Origin: Marinilabiliaceae bacterium
GTDB taxonomy: Bacteria > Bacteroidota > Bacteroidia > Bacteroidales > Marinilabiliaceae
DNA: 64,000 nucleotides
Direction of reading: 5' to 3'
Assembly: GCA_037439945.1 (NCBI GenBank)
Contig: JBBIVA010000004.1
Span: 1,309-65,308, forward strand
Shown here piece after piece: positions 1-9,851 of this stretch. Position numbers and translations under genes: made by a program. Numbering within the stretch: the stretch's first letter is position 1; every line of letters begins with the position of its first letter. The notes under the pieces were generated by a model. That model was not told the DNA's origin and searched no databases. It saw only the letters and a list, made by a program, of their open reading frames with translations.

Positions 1-168
1 CCCTTTCCAAATTACAGCTTTTACCCATTCGGTTTTCTCAATTTTATTCCCCTGTGAATCTTTATAATCCATTGAAACAGCAACACTAAAATTTATGGCT
101 TTACTGTTGCCTAAATCCTTAACTTCGGCGTCCTGACCTAAAACACCGGACAAAATTACTTTCAGCAT
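1..168 (-). CDS. SSB-like OB-fold protein, N-terminal part (CDS runs off the window start)
   Basis: Reverse-strand ATG at 166-168. Translation MLKVILSGVLGQDAEVKDLGNSKAINFSVAVSMDYKDSQGNKIEKTEWVKAVIWKG fits the N-terminal OB-fold pattern of single-stranded DNA-binding proteins. Absent from the ORF track because it is truncated. Confidence 0.55.
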   Translation of the reverse strand, partial: MLKVILSGVLGQDAEVKDLGNSKAINFSVAVSMDYKDSQGNKIEKTEWVKAVIWKG

Positions 169-484
169 TTCAATTTTATTTTGGGTTTAACATTAGGTTA
201 TGGCATTGTAAAAATATAAATATTGTTTATTAAAGTCAACCACAAACATGATTTATGTCATATTTTAATCAACTTAAAATTAAGGAATCCGTACTCTATT
301 TAAAATCTGATCTTTCCGATAAAAATTTTTTATGAAAGAAAAACTAATACAGATAAAGTTTTGTTTCACCATTTTGCTAAGAAAAAAATCCATCCTTATA
401 GGATTAACTGCATGCCAAACAATTTTTTTCAACTGTTTAAGTTGTTATAAATTTATCAATTGACCTACTTTGTTTGGATTATAA

Positions 485-520
485 TTAAAAAGGCCCCACA
501 TTTAAATAAGTGAGGCCTTG
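485..520 (-). terminator. putative intrinsic terminator after the DUF3127 gene
   Basis: Arms AAGGCCCCAC (490-499) and GTGAGGCCTT (510-519) pair with one mismatch. A short T run follows on the minus strand, just 3' of the stop at 528. Confidence 0.5.
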
Positions 521-527
521 GTTATTA

Positions 528-902
528 TTAAAATGGTAACTGATCATTAATATCGTCTGGTGGAATTTCTGTTTCCATAAAGGGTGGTGGGGGAATATCT
601 TCAGACTGCCGGGCAGACGCTATTTCTAAACGCCAGGCCTCAAGATTTGAAAAATAATTGGTTTTTCCGTCCTTCTCCCATTTTCTTCCTTTAATATTAA
701 AAAACACCTTAAGTGGGTCTCCAATATTAAATTGGTCTAATAACGCACATTTATCCTGTGTTAGCTGAAACTTAATAAAATCGTTCCAATCACTGTTTCT
801 TTGGTTTTGTACTTCAATAACAAACTCTCGTTTTTTAAATGAAGTGCTAACCTCAATAATATTCTCTTTTACAATGAGGTTACCGGTTATCTCAAAATTC
901 AT
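528..902 (-). CDS. DUF3127-like protein with an SSB-type acidic C-terminal tip
   Basis: 124 aa. N-terminus MNFEITGNLIVKE...KKREFVIE resembles Bacteroidota DUF3127 proteins. C-terminus is PPDDINDQLPF. Confidence 0.6.
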   Translation of the reverse strand: MNFEITGNLIVKENIIEVSTSFKKREFVIEVQNQRNSDWNDFIKFQLTQDKCALLDQFNIGDPLKVFFNIKGRKWEKDGKTNYFSNLEAWRLEIASARQSEDIPPPPFMETEIPPDDINDQLPF

Positions 903-904
903 AA

Positions 905-1366
905 TTACTCAGAATCAATTATAACAATTTTCTCAATTTTATCGCCGCCCCGTATTTCATCAATAATATCAAGGCCTTCATAAACTTTTCCAAAGCACGT
1001 ATGTTGCCTGTCAAGATGTTTGGTGTTATGACGGTTATGACATATAAAAAACTGCGAACCACCTGTGTTCCGACCTGCATGTGCCATACTCAGTACACCC
1101 TTGTCGTGGTATTGGTTTTCACCGGTAAGTTCACAGGGTATCTTGTACCCTGGCCCCCCGGTCCCTGCACGCGTATTTCCAGGCTCTTTAGAAAATGGAC
1201 ACCCTCCCTGAATAACAAAATCAGGAATCACACGGTGAAATGTAAGTCCGTCATAATACCCGCTTTCGGCCAACTTAATAAAATTTTGCACTGTGCCAGG
1301 TGCATCATCGTGGTAAAATTGAACTTTCATTACTCCCTTTGAAGTATGGATTTCAGCATTTTTCAT
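905..1366 (-). CDS. cyclophilin-type peptidyl-prolyl cis-trans isomerase
   Basis: 153 aa with FHRVIPDFVIQGG, GGSQFFI and HLDRQHTCFGKV motifs. Confidence 0.9.
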   Translation of the reverse strand: MKNAEIHTSKGVMKVQFYHDDAPGTVQNFIKLAESGYYDGLTFHRVIPDFVIQGGCPFSKEPGNTRAGTGGPGYKIPCELTGENQYHDKGVLSMAHAGRNTGGSQFFICHNRHNTKHLDRQHTCFGKVYEGLDIIDEIRGGDKIEKIVIIDSE

Positions 1367-1520
1367 CCGTAAATAATTTTTAGTTTAATGTCGCATAGCT
1401 TGACCCGTAATTGCACGAGAACTCTATGTTTGCTATTTTGACTTCGTCGATCGTCGATTCATTGGTGTTTCCCTAAAAGTCGGGACAAGTTGTGTTTTTT
1501 CGCAAACATGTTCGTTTCAT
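1364..1520 (-). repeat. family-1 dispersed repeat, full copy abutting the cyclophilin start codon
   Basis: The reverse complement begins ATGAAACGAACATGTTTGCGAAAAAACACAACTTGTCCCGACTTTTAGGG and ends AAACTAAAAATTATTTACGGATG, where the ATG is the gene start. Homologous to 42961-43137, 34530-34706 and 63255-63430. Confidence 0.8.
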
Positions 1521-1700
1521 CATAATAAAATTAAATTATGAAGGTTTGGTGGCTTGTCCCAATACATTGGGGGAACTCGCCCAGAACATTCGGGGCTTGT
1601 TTCATCATAAAAAATTTATTTTTTTTAGAAATGACCCAACATCTGCGTAAACAGTTTTTTTATTATCGTAACTGCCGTTGCAATAACATGGCTGTTTCAT
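1521..1700 (-). repeat. two shorter degenerate tandem units of the family-1 repeat
   Basis: Minus-strand units 1605->1521 and 1700->1606 each start ATGAAAC(A)(A/G)(G/C)C and end TTTTATTATG or AATTTTTTATG. Unit 1605->1521 carries hairpin CCCAATGTATTGGG. Confidence 0.55.
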
Positions 1701-2170
1701 ACGTAATTAGTTTGCATTTTAAGCACCCTACTTTTAGGGGTTCTTTATTTCAGGATACAGAATTTTCATTATAAGTTTAAAACCGTGTTCCCCAAAAAAG
1801 AGTGGTTAACCTTACCAACAACGCGGAAAGTTTTGGTTAATGATTCATGCCCAAAAGGTTTTTTAATTTTTAAAATTGACCAAACCCTTCCCCATGCACT
1901 TCTGTGTTCTAATCAATTCTTAATACATAAATCCAAACTAAAATCGGACATAAATTTTAAAACTTTAAAGGTAACATTTATAACAGGTACAGCCAAATAT
2001 CTTTTTTACATTTTTTTTAACACAGATAAAAGAAAATGCCATAACTGTTACCCATTTCATAATTCTTGCTTGACTATTTTTATAAACCCGTCAAAATAAT
2101 ATTGCCTTTATCATTAAACATTAAGAAATTACCTGAGTTATAATCAAATATTAACTTAAAAAACAAAATT

Positions 2171-2587
2171 ATGAGTCTGGTAAAAGAATTTCGTGATTTT
2201 GCCATGCGAGGCAACGTAGTTGATATGGCTGTTGGTATAATAATTGGCGGAGCATTTGGTAAAATTGTAACATCCGTGGTAAACGATATTTTAATGCCAC
2301 CAATTGGATTAATGATTGGTGGAATGAAATTTACTGACCTTTCTGTAGTTTTAAAGGATGCAGTTGTTAATGGGTCCGGAGAAATAACAACTGCTGCTGT
2401 TACACTAAATTATGGTAACTTTATTCAAACAACTGTAGATTTTTTTATAATTGCATTAGCAATTTTCGGAGTAATAAAACTAATGAACCAACTTAAGCGA
2501 AAAGAAGAGGAAAAACCCGCAACCCACCCAACGCCAACCAAGGAACAGGAGTTGCTAACTGAAATCAGGGATTTATTAAAAAAGTAA
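2171..2587 (+). CDS. mscL: large-conductance mechanosensitive channel MscL
   Basis: 138 aa. [40 protein letters not shown] is the canonical MscL N-terminus. Confidence 0.95.
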   Translation: MSLVKEFRDFAMRGNVVDMAVGIIIGGAFGKIVTSVVNDILMPPIGLMIGGMKFTDLSVVLKDAVVNGSGEITTAAVTLNYGNFIQTTVDFFIIALAIFGVIKLMNQLKRKEEEKPATHPTPTKEQELLTEIRDLLKK

Positions 2588-2607
2588 ATTTTGTAATCGT
2601 CAACCAA

Positions 2608-2660
2608 AAAAGACCCTTTTTGATAAATAAAAATTAAGAAGGGTCTTCAATATTTTTATC
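2608..2660 (+). terminator. putative terminator after mscL
   Basis: AAGACCCTT (2610-2618) pairs with AAGGGTCTT (2639-2647), followed by a T-rich tail. The long loop lowers confidence. Confidence 0.45.
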
Positions 2661-2780
2661 TTCTTTTCAATAACCTTAAATTTAAACAAAAAACATTTTA
2701 TTACTGATAGTCAAGTCATTTAGATGAAAACTTAAAAAAATATAAATTCTTTTTTATTATCTTTGGGCAAAATTATTTAA

Positions 2781-3365
2781 ATGCTTTTACAACCATCAAT
2801 ATTTCAGGTTAAAATCACCCTAACAGGTATTACACCTCCAATATGGAGAAGGTTACAGGTGCCTTCAGATTTGTTTTTACACGATTTTCACAAGGTAATA
2901 CAAACATCTGTCGGGTGGGAAAATTCACATTTACACCAGTTTGTCAAAAACAGCCGTACTTTTGGCATTGCTGACGATGAATTTGAATTATCTGATAAAT
3001 TCATGGATTATACTTCAATAAGGCTGGTTGACATTCTAAATAAGGAGAATGAAGTTATAAGATATATTTACGATTTTGGTGATACCTGGGTTCATGAAAT
3101 TGTTTTGGAGAAAATCCTTGAACCATCTAAAAATGAATTTTATCCATTTTGTTTGGCAGGAAAAAGAAACTGCCCCCCCGAAAATAGTGGCGGCCCCTGG
3201 GCCTATATGGAAATGGTCAAGATTTTTTCGAACCTTGGACATCCGGACAGGGAAGATATTATGCAATGGATTGATGAAGAGTGGGAGCCAGAAAATTTTA
3301 ACATTGACATTGTCAATGAAATGTTGATGGAAGATGATTTTGGATGTCTTCCTCCAATGGAGTAG
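2781..3365 (+). CDS. pRiA4b ORF-3-like family protein
   Basis: 194 aa. IFQVKITLTGITPPIWRRLQVPSDLFLHDFHKVIQTSVGWENSHLHQF is the signature N-terminus of this family. Confidence 0.8.
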   Translation: MLLQPSIFQVKITLTGITPPIWRRLQVPSDLFLHDFHKVIQTSVGWENSHLHQFVKNSRTFGIADDEFELSDKFMDYTSIRLVDILNKENEVIRYIYDFGDTWVHEIVLEKILEPSKNEFYPFCLAGKRNCPPENSGGPWAYMEMVKIFSNLGHPDREDIMQWIDEEWEPENFNIDIVNEMLMEDDFGCLPPME

Positions 3366-3405
3366 AATTAAATCAGTTTTAAATCAAAAAAATAACCTTC
3401 TATAG

Positions 3406-3900
3406 TCAGTTAATTATTTTTTGATAGGCAACCACATCAAGTAATTTATTGAATTTTTCACCAACTTCCCTAAAATGTGCACATTTTTGATATCCACATT
3501 TTTCAAAAAGGTTTATGCTTACCAGGTTATCCCCGGTAATAATACCAATTAAAACCTTGATATTATTATGCTTTGCTATTTCTTCAAGTTCCTGGACTGT
3601 AGCTTTTCCAATACCCATACCTGTAAACTGATTCTTCAAATAAATGGTTATTTCGGCTGTTCTATCGTAGGCTTGTCTATTTTTATATTGAGATAAATAA
3701 CAGTACCCACAGATTTCACCAATAGTCTTTATCAGAAAGGATTTATATTTTGGATGTGAGATTAATATTACTCTTTTAAGTTCTTCAATCGCAACCAATT
3801 GGGTATGAAAAGTCGCAGTTGAATTAAGAACATAATAGTCATAAATTTCTTTCACAACTTCAAAATCATCATCATTTAACTCAACAAGTTCAATCTTCAT
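3406..3900 (-). CDS. GNAT family N-acetyltransferase
   Basis: 164 aa. Acetyl-CoA binding-type segment QFTGMGIGKATVQELEEIAK, plus similarity to phosphinothricin-acetyltransferase-like GNATs. Confidence 0.8.
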   Translation of the reverse strand: MKIELVELNDDDFEVVKEIYDYYVLNSTATFHTQLVAIEELKRVILISHPKYKSFLIKTIGEICGYCYLSQYKNRQAYDRTAEITIYLKNQFTGMGIGKATVQELEEIAKHNNIKVLIGIITGDNLVSINLFEKCGYQKCAHFREVGEKFNKLLDVVAYQKIIN

Positions 3901-3917
3901 ATTCAGAGTTATTATTG

Positions 3918-4360
3918 TTATTTAATAATGCAAATACTGTTTTCACCACCAATGTAAGGTCCATAATTTTGGGTTCTTGTAAATCCGTATTTCTCATAAA
4001 AGCCAATAGCCTCAGCTTGTTTATTTCCGGTTTCGAGAACTGGTTCCCTTAAATTCAATAGCCTGACCCACTCTTCCTTTTTACTTAATATCTGCTTTGA
4101 AATACCCTTACCGGGATAATTTTTTCTAACAAACATTCTTTTTATTTCAACAATTTTATCTGAAAAAGATTTAAACAACCACAACCAACCGGGTTGTTGT
4201 TATAATTTGGCAATACAACAGTACTACACGCTTCAATCTTATTAAATTGATTTTAATAACTTTGCTTTTTACCTTATTGGTCGCATAACAAAAAATCCGG
4301 TAATGAAATTAATCCGCAAAAATCAATTTCATTGCTATCGGTTTTGATTAACTCAATCAT
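3918..4360 (-). pseudogene. disrupted GNAT acetyltransferase
   Basis: The C-terminal 88 aa are intact (VEIKRMFVRKNYPGKGISKQIL...ETGNKQAEAIGFYEKYGF). The upstream minus strand encodes MIELIKTDSNEIDF... from 4360, then meets stops and a frame change (FNKIEACSTVVLPNYNNNPVGCG lies in another frame). Confidence 0.6.
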
Positions 4361-4400
4361 TTTTTTAACAAGTACAGTAATAAATAATCCTAAATTACCA

Positions 4401-4441
4401 TAAAAAAAGCGTTAAATCTCTAATTATGAAATTTAACGCTT
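4401..4441 (-). terminator. intrinsic terminator after the FKBP gene
   Basis: 11-bp arms AAGCGTTAAAT and ATTTAACGCTT (4407-4417, 4431-4441), followed by T6 on the minus strand. Confidence 0.7.
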
Positions 4442-4465
4442 TTAATAATCTGGTATATGAACCAA

Positions 4466-5272
4466 TTACTCGATACCCAAAAGTTCTACTTCAAAAATTA
4501 AAGTTTCGTTAGGCCCTATGTTTTTCCCTGCACCATTCTCGCCGTAAGCCAGGTTGGCAGGTACATAAAGTTTCCATTTTGATCCAACGCTCATTAACTG
4601 AAGTGCTTCGTTCCATCCCTGGATAAATCCGTTGGCAGCATGAACCATTGGTTCACCCCTGTCAACCGAACTATCAAAAACAGTTCCGTCAATTAAAGTA
4701 CCATGGTAATGAATTTTTACCCTGTCGGTTGGTACAGGTTTTTTACCTTCAGCTTTCACAATTATTTCATACTGAAGACCGCTTTCTAAAGTAACAACTT
4801 CAGGACGTTTCCCGTTTTCAGCTAAAAATGCCATGCCTTTTTCAAGGTTGGTTTGTGCCTTAGCTTTATTGCCAGCATCTTTGATAGCCTTTGCTTTTTC
4901 AAATTCGGTGCGCAAATAAACATCGGCTGTTGTTTCAGTGAAGTATGATTTATCATAAGCTAATTGGTTCATAAAAGCTTTAATAAATATTTCTTCGTTA
5001 AAACCACCAAATTGTTCCTTGCGAAAATCGGCATAACCCTCACGTAGTGATGATTTTGCAAAACCGCGGGCAACGGCTTTCATATCAAGAGAATCCAACG
5101 GTGCATCATTTAATCTCATTTTCCAACCGTTAGCTTCAAGATAACCCAATGCATAACTAATACTGTCTGTAGCATCTTTCATGGTTACTTTGCCCGCCCT
5201 TGGAACTCTGCCACAACCGGCAGAAACTATAAGCAAGGCAAAAAAAACGATAACAACTTTAAATTGCTTCAT
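4466..5272 (-). CDS. FKBP-type peptidyl-prolyl isomerase, lipoprotein (FkpA/FklB-like)
   Basis: 268 aa. Signal peptide with VSAGC lipobox. C-terminal FKBP domain YHGTLIDGTVFDSS...GFIQGWNEAL...LIFEVELL. Confidence 0.9.
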   Translation of the reverse strand: MKQFKVVIVFFALLIVSAGCGRVPRAGKVTMKDATDSISYALGYLEANGWKMRLNDAPLDSLDMKAVARGFAKSSLREGYADFRKEQFGGFNEEIFIKAFMNQLAYDKSYFTETTADVYLRTEFEKAKAIKDAGNKAKAQTNLEKGMAFLAENGKRPEVVTLESGLQYEIIVKAEGKKPVPTDRVKIHYHGTLIDGTVFDSSVDRGEPMVHAANGFIQGWNEALQLMSVGSKWKLYVPANLAYGENGAGKNIGPNETLIFEVELLGIE

Positions 5273-5372
5273 GGTTCTTTTTCCTTTTTTATTAACAATT
5301 AATTATTACAAATATTTATACCATCCAAATTGGCAGGCCGAATATAACGATTTTTAAATAATCCTCCGCCTA

Positions 5373-5957
5373 TTATTCAATTGCAATAAGTTCAACATCG
5401 AAAATTAAAGTAGTATCGGGACCTATAACCCCTCCTGCTCCTTTTGTCCCATAGCCCAGGTGTGGGGGTATAAACAATCTCCATTTTGAACCTACATTCA
5501 TCATCAGCAAAGCTTCTACCCACCCCTGAATTACTCCGTTAACAGGAAAAACGGCAGGTTCATTTCGTTCAACTGAACTATCGAAAACTGTTCCGTTAAT
5601 TAAAGTGCCATGATAATGGCATTTTACTTTATTGGTTGCTTTGGGTTTTTCACCATTACCAGACTTAATAACTTCATACTGTAACCCGCTGTTCAAAGAA
5701 ACTACACCTTCACGTTGCGCGTTTTTAACCAGAAATTCTTCTCCTTCCACTTTTGCTGGTGCACTTTTCTGTGCTTCAATATTTGAAAAATAGTGGTTTA
5801 AAATCTGGTTGGCCTCATCCATTGAAATTATGGTATGGTCACCACCTATTACAGCATTTAAACCATTACTTAGCGAAATAATATCAACCTGGGTTAACCC
5901 CGATGTAATAAGGTTTTGGGCAATGTTCATACCCAGAGCATAACTTACTTTATCCAT
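5373..5957 (-). CDS. FKBP-type peptidyl-prolyl isomerase
   Basis: 194 aa. YHGTLINGTVFDSS...VIQGWVEAL...LIFDVELI. Paralog of the neighbouring gene. Confidence 0.9.
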   Translation of the reverse strand: MDKVSYALGMNIAQNLITSGLTQVDIISLSNGLNAVIGGDHTIISMDEANQILNHYFSNIEAQKSAPAKVEGEEFLVKNAQREGVVSLNSGLQYEVIKSGNGEKPKATNKVKCHYHGTLINGTVFDSSVERNEPAVFPVNGVIQGWVEALLMMNVGSKWRLFIPPHLGYGTKGAGGVIGPDTTLIFDVELIAIE

Positions 5958-6204
5958 ATTTTATTAATTAAAAGCGGGCAAAGGTAATACTAATTACATT
6001 AGTAATGCAATTATAAAATTTTTGATTTATATACTGAAACAGGCTTTTTTTTACAAACTTTGTAATGGAAATAATAATTTTAACCGGCGGTAACAATTTT
6101 TACGTGGCAGTGATGGCGATAAATTAACGTGTACCTGTATTTCCGGTTAATTACACGAAAATCGGTTTTTAAGTTAACAATGTCCATTTTTTTTAGCTAT
6201 ATTG

Positions 6205-7230
6205 ATGAAAAAGTATTTCGTTACAATAATTATTTACATACTGCCATTATATTTGGCAGCCCAGGCCTATTCATTTAAAAATACTTCAAACAAGGAATCA
6301 AATAATATTATCAGGGCCAAAAACAGAACAGGTATAGTTAAAACAGACACAGCCTATGTTTTTTATGATAAAGGCAAAAAGGTTCTTGCTTATAATTATG
6401 TTCCGGCTCGGTTACCCGAAAATGCAGATCAGGCATATTCAAAAAGCGGTTATATACACCCCTTTTATTCCCCTGCCGGAAAAATTTTGACAAAAATTCA
6501 ACCACCTGACCATTTACATCATTATGGAATCTGGAATGCCTGGACTAAAACGGTTTTAAATAACCGGCCCGTTGATTTTTGGAATATTGGTAATAAGAGC
6601 GGAAGGGTTGATTATGCCGGAACTGTTTCATTAATTGAAAGGGATAAGTTCAGTTCGCTTAAAGTGATTCAAAACCACGCGATGGTAAATTCAGGCTCCA
6701 ATAAGGAAACTGTATTAATTGAATCCCTTGAGATAAAAGTTTACCATAAAACTGAAAACATATTTATTGCAGATTATATATCAACATATAAATGCGTTAA
6801 TAAAAACGGGTTAATGCTGGAGGAGTACCGTTATGGCGGCTTTGTTTTAAGGGGCAATGAAAACTGGGGGCCCGAAACAGTTAATATGTTAACGTCGGAA
6901 GGGAAAACCCAGGATAATTCAGATGGAGAAAGGGCAAAATGGTGTTTGGTTACAGAAACAGGTGAAAACCCTGCTGGTATATTAATACTTTCGCATCCCG
7001 AAAACTTTAATCATCCCGAGCCATTAAGAACATGGAATTTAGTGTCAAACAACGGCAAATCAAATATCTTTGTAAATTTTTGCCCTATAAAAAACACAAA
7101 TTGGTTTTTAGAAAGTAATAAGAAATATGTTTTACAATACAGAATTATAAGCTTTGATGGATCAATGGATGAAAAAGATGCCGAATTTCATTGGATGAAA
7201 TATTCTAAAGGAAAAATTCAGAAATTATAA
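6205..7230 (+). CDS. PmoA-family (DUF6807-like) secreted protein
   Basis: Motifs IHPFYSPAGKILT, PPDHLHHYGIWNAW, DFW and YGGFVLRG, plus an N-terminal signal peptide. ATG at 6205 is preferred over TTG at 6202. Confidence 0.65.
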   Translation: MKKYFVTIIIYILPLYLAAQAYSFKNTSNKESNNIIRAKNRTGIVKTDTAYVFYDKGKKVLAYNYVPARLPENADQAYSKSGYIHPFYSPAGKILTKIQPPDHLHHYGIWNAWTKTVLNNRPVDFWNIGNKSGRVDYAGTVSLIERDKFSSLKVIQNHAMVNSGSNKETVLIESLEIKVYHKTENIFIADYISTYKCVNKNGLMLEEYRYGGFVLRGNENWGPETVNMLTSEGKTQDNSDGERAKWCLVTETGENPAGILILSHPENFNHPEPLRTWNLVSNNGKSNIFVNFCPIKNTNWFLESNKKYVLQYRIISFDGSMDEKDAEFHWMKYSKGKIQKL

Positions 7231-7253
7231 CCGGATATCAGTTTATTGATTGC

Positions 7254-7928
7254 CTATAATTTAACCGCCCTTAGAATTTCCCTTTTCCCTGGAGGGCCGG
7301 GAATTAATTCAATAGAAAAACCAGCTTCTTTAATTGCTCTTTTTACTATACCCTTAACACAATAAGTTGTTAGCACACCGTTTTTCGACATTAATTTGTT
7401 TATCTTCTCAAAAACCTGAAATGTCCACAATTCAGGTTGTTTTTCAGGTGCAAATGCATCAAAATAAACAAGGTTGTATTCTTTGTCAGATTCAAAATTC
7501 AGCAGGTCGGTATTAAATTTATTAAGCCAAAAATCTGTGTCAATATTAGTTTCTATACCCCATGGCGATTGGTGAATTAACTTAAATAAATTATTTTCTC
7601 CACCGGGTTGTAATATGGTTGGATAGTTTAAAGAGTTAATTATTGAAACAGGTAATGGGTATTTTTCAATTGAATGGTATCTTATTTTTTTACCAGCTTT
7701 ATTCAATACAGTAAGATAAGTATTTAGGCCTGTACCAAATCCAACCTCAAGAACATTAACATCCGGATCGGTTAATTTCAACAAACCCTCCTTTATAAAA
7801 ATATGGTTTGACTCCTGAATGGCTCCATGGTAAGAATGGTAGTGCTCATTTATTTCGGGAATAAAAATGGTGGTGGACCCATCACCCGATATTTTTATCT
7901 CAATGGCATAACAAACCATCTTCAACAT
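7254..7928 (-). CDS. mnmD: tRNA 5-methylaminomethyl-2-thiouridine methyltransferase MnmD-like
   Basis: 224 aa. GDGSTTIF..EHYHSYHGAIQES, SAM motif LEVGFGTGLN, and YFDAFAPEKQPELW. Confidence 0.8.
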   Translation of the reverse strand: MLKMVCYAIEIKISGDGSTTIFIPEINEHYHSYHGAIQESNHIFIKEGLLKLTDPDVNVLEVGFGTGLNTYLTVLNKAGKKIRYHSIEKYPLPVSIINSLNYPTILQPGGENNLFKLIHQSPWGIETNIDTDFWLNKFNTDLLNFESDKEYNLVYFDAFAPEKQPELWTFQVFEKINKLMSKNGVLTTYCVKGIVKRAIKEAGFSIELIPGPPGKREILRAVKL

Positions 7929-8030
7929 TTTGTTGGTTAATAAGTCTAAAGCATAATATTATTAATTACAAAATATTACACTTTGAAAAAATTTAAGCAA
8001 GCTACAAAACCGGGTTTATTCAATTGGTTT

Positions 8031-8061
8031 AAAAAACGAAGGTGGATTTAATAAACCCACC
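8031..8061 (-). terminator. intrinsic terminator after the transaldolase-family gene
   Basis: GGTGGATTT and AAACCCACC arms with one mismatch and a 3-nt loop. Followed by TTCGTTTTTT on the minus strand. Confidence 0.6.
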
Positions 8062-8082
8062 ACTGTTAAATTAAGCTAACAT

Positions 8083-8748
8083 TTAGAATTTAATGTCATA
8101 CATATCCTTACCATCACGCTGGAACCAGTCAACACTCATATCTGTCAGAGGGTTGCTCCGCAATCTTTCAAGAATCTCAAAATTTACAGTTACAGCATAA
8201 CAACCTGTTAATATTGTACGATGCACCTGGTCAACAGTTTTAAAGCTTTCAGCAAGGACCTTTGTTGGCATTTTATATTCGTTAAAACTTTTAACAATAT
8301 CCCTAACCACATCTATTCCGTGCGATGATATATTGTCGAGACGGCTAACATAGGGAGCAACATAATTTGCCCCTGCCCTGGCAGCTACCAGTGCCTGCAT
8401 ATGAGTATATACAGCGGTTGCAGTAACTTTAATCCCTTTCTTCTTTAACATTGGTATGGCTTTGTAACCCTCTTCGGTAACCGGTATTTTGGCATAAAAA
8501 TTTCCACCTTCTCCAAAATAAGACCTGTATTTTACGGCTTCATCAACCATTCGTTCTGCATTTGAACTAATTAACTGCACATGCAACATTTTGTCGCCGA
8601 CAATCTCAATTAATTGAGGTAAAATTTTCGATAATGGCCTTCCTTCGGAACATAAAATTGAAGGGTTTGTTGTAACTCCTTCTATGGGGAAATAGGAAAA
8701 GAGTTTATTTAGTTCATCTAAATTTGCACTATCAGCTAAAAAAAGCAT
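8083..8748 (-). CDS. transaldolase family protein / fructose-6-phosphate aldolase-like
   Basis: 221 aa. N-terminus LFLADSANLDEL...GVTTNPSIL is typical of short TalC/Fsa enzymes. Confidence 0.8.
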   Translation of the reverse strand: MLFLADSANLDELNKLFSYFPIEGVTTNPSILCSEGRPLSKILPQLIEIVGDKMLHVQLISSNAERMVDEAVKYRSYFGEGGNFYAKIPVTEEGYKAIPMLKKKGIKVTATAVYTHMQALVAARAGANYVAPYVSRLDNISSHGIDVVRDIVKSFNEYKMPTKVLAESFKTVDQVHRTILTGCYAVTVNFEILERLRSNPLTDMSVDWFQRDGKDMYDIKF

Positions 8749-8864
8749 ACTATTTATTTAAATTAAACATTAATACATTAAAATAAACCTGTTTTTCTTG
8801 TTATAAAAACCAAACAAGATAAGCAGATTTTTCCTAATTCTTACTTTTATTCTTAAATAAAAAA

Positions 8865-9434
8865 TTATACACTGCTCCAAGTCAGCTTATTTATACGGGG
8901 CTGCAGGTACCAGATCCCAACCGGGAAGATAACAGCTAAAACAAAATCGGAGAAATACTTATCGAATGATACATCCCTTTTTTCTTCAACAACATTTAAC
9001 AACCTTGCAATAAAATTAAAACAGAATAAAATTGAAACTATAACCAAAAACTGTAAGGCAAAAATCAGAAACAATGATGTATAAAGTATTTCCGCAATTG
9101 AGAAGGTTCCCATAATATAAACAACTGCACCATATACCCAAAACAGAAGGGTTGAAACCAATATAAATGCAGGTAACAATGCAAAAAACCTGAAAAGCGT
9201 TTTGTTTTTAACAATGTTTGATCTATCTCTCTTTATAAGTGCAGAACCAGTAGCCCAAATCCAAAAATATACAACGGCCTGACCAAAAGACATGGCAATG
9301 GGAACAAATAAAAATATATAACCCGGATTAAAAGTAACCTGCGCCAATACTAAACCCAATACAATTAAAATAATTGGTATTATGAATATCCCCGAAAATA
9401 CCTGCCAGTGCCAGGCCTTCAAAATCCATTTCAT
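8865..9434 (-). CDS. hypothetical polytopic membrane protein
   Basis: 189 aa with about 5 hydrophobic segments and no recognisable motif. Confidence 0.5.
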   Translation of the reverse strand: MKWILKAWHWQVFSGIFIIPIILIVLGLVLAQVTFNPGYIFLFVPIAMSFGQAVVYFWIWATGSALIKRDRSNIVKNKTLFRFFALLPAFILVSTLLFWVYGAVVYIMGTFSIAEILYTSLFLIFALQFLVIVSILFCFNFIARLLNVVEEKRDVSFDKYFSDFVLAVIFPVGIWYLQPRINKLTWSSV

Positions 9435-9851
9435 AAAAAGCAGTTATAATAGTTCAACAAAAATAAAAAAAAACAGATACGAGGTTGAAAAGTTATTACA
9501 GGCATATCCATACGGCCGTTTTACAAAACCATAACTCGATTAGCTTTTGTCAGTTTACAATTAATGTTAATTCTGTTTAATTACTAATTATTAGCTCGTA
9601 ATATTATAAATATAATCACCATCAATTTTGGTAATGGCTTACTTTAAAAAATATTTCAACAATTACAATTTAATATTAAAGACTTAAATAGTTGCTTTTG
9701 ACAATATTAACAATTGAATTTGTTTAACATAAAAATACTTTAAAGTTTTTTTGCTTTAAAACAATTTTGATTTGTGATGAATTAACGAATTACTATTTTT
9801 GTATTTTTTTACTTCTTTACTTATTTGTAACAAGTAAATTATTACTTAAAA

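Noticed and set aside
339-470. 43-aa ORF MKEKLIQIKFCFTILLRKKSILIGLTAC... with a lipobox-like LTAC
   Set aside because: It is too short, has no supporting motif or conservation evidence available, and lies in an AT-rich spacer.
1001-1342. 113-aa plus-strand ORF
   Set aside because: It is entirely antisense to the well-supported cyclophilin gene. Its composition is Cys/Thr-rich and unprotein-like.
1538-2099. 78-aa and 104-aa plus-strand ORFs in the gap upstream of mscL
   Set aside because: They run across degenerate family-1 repeat units and AT-rich spacer, have no motifs, and have odd composition. They are most likely non-coding.
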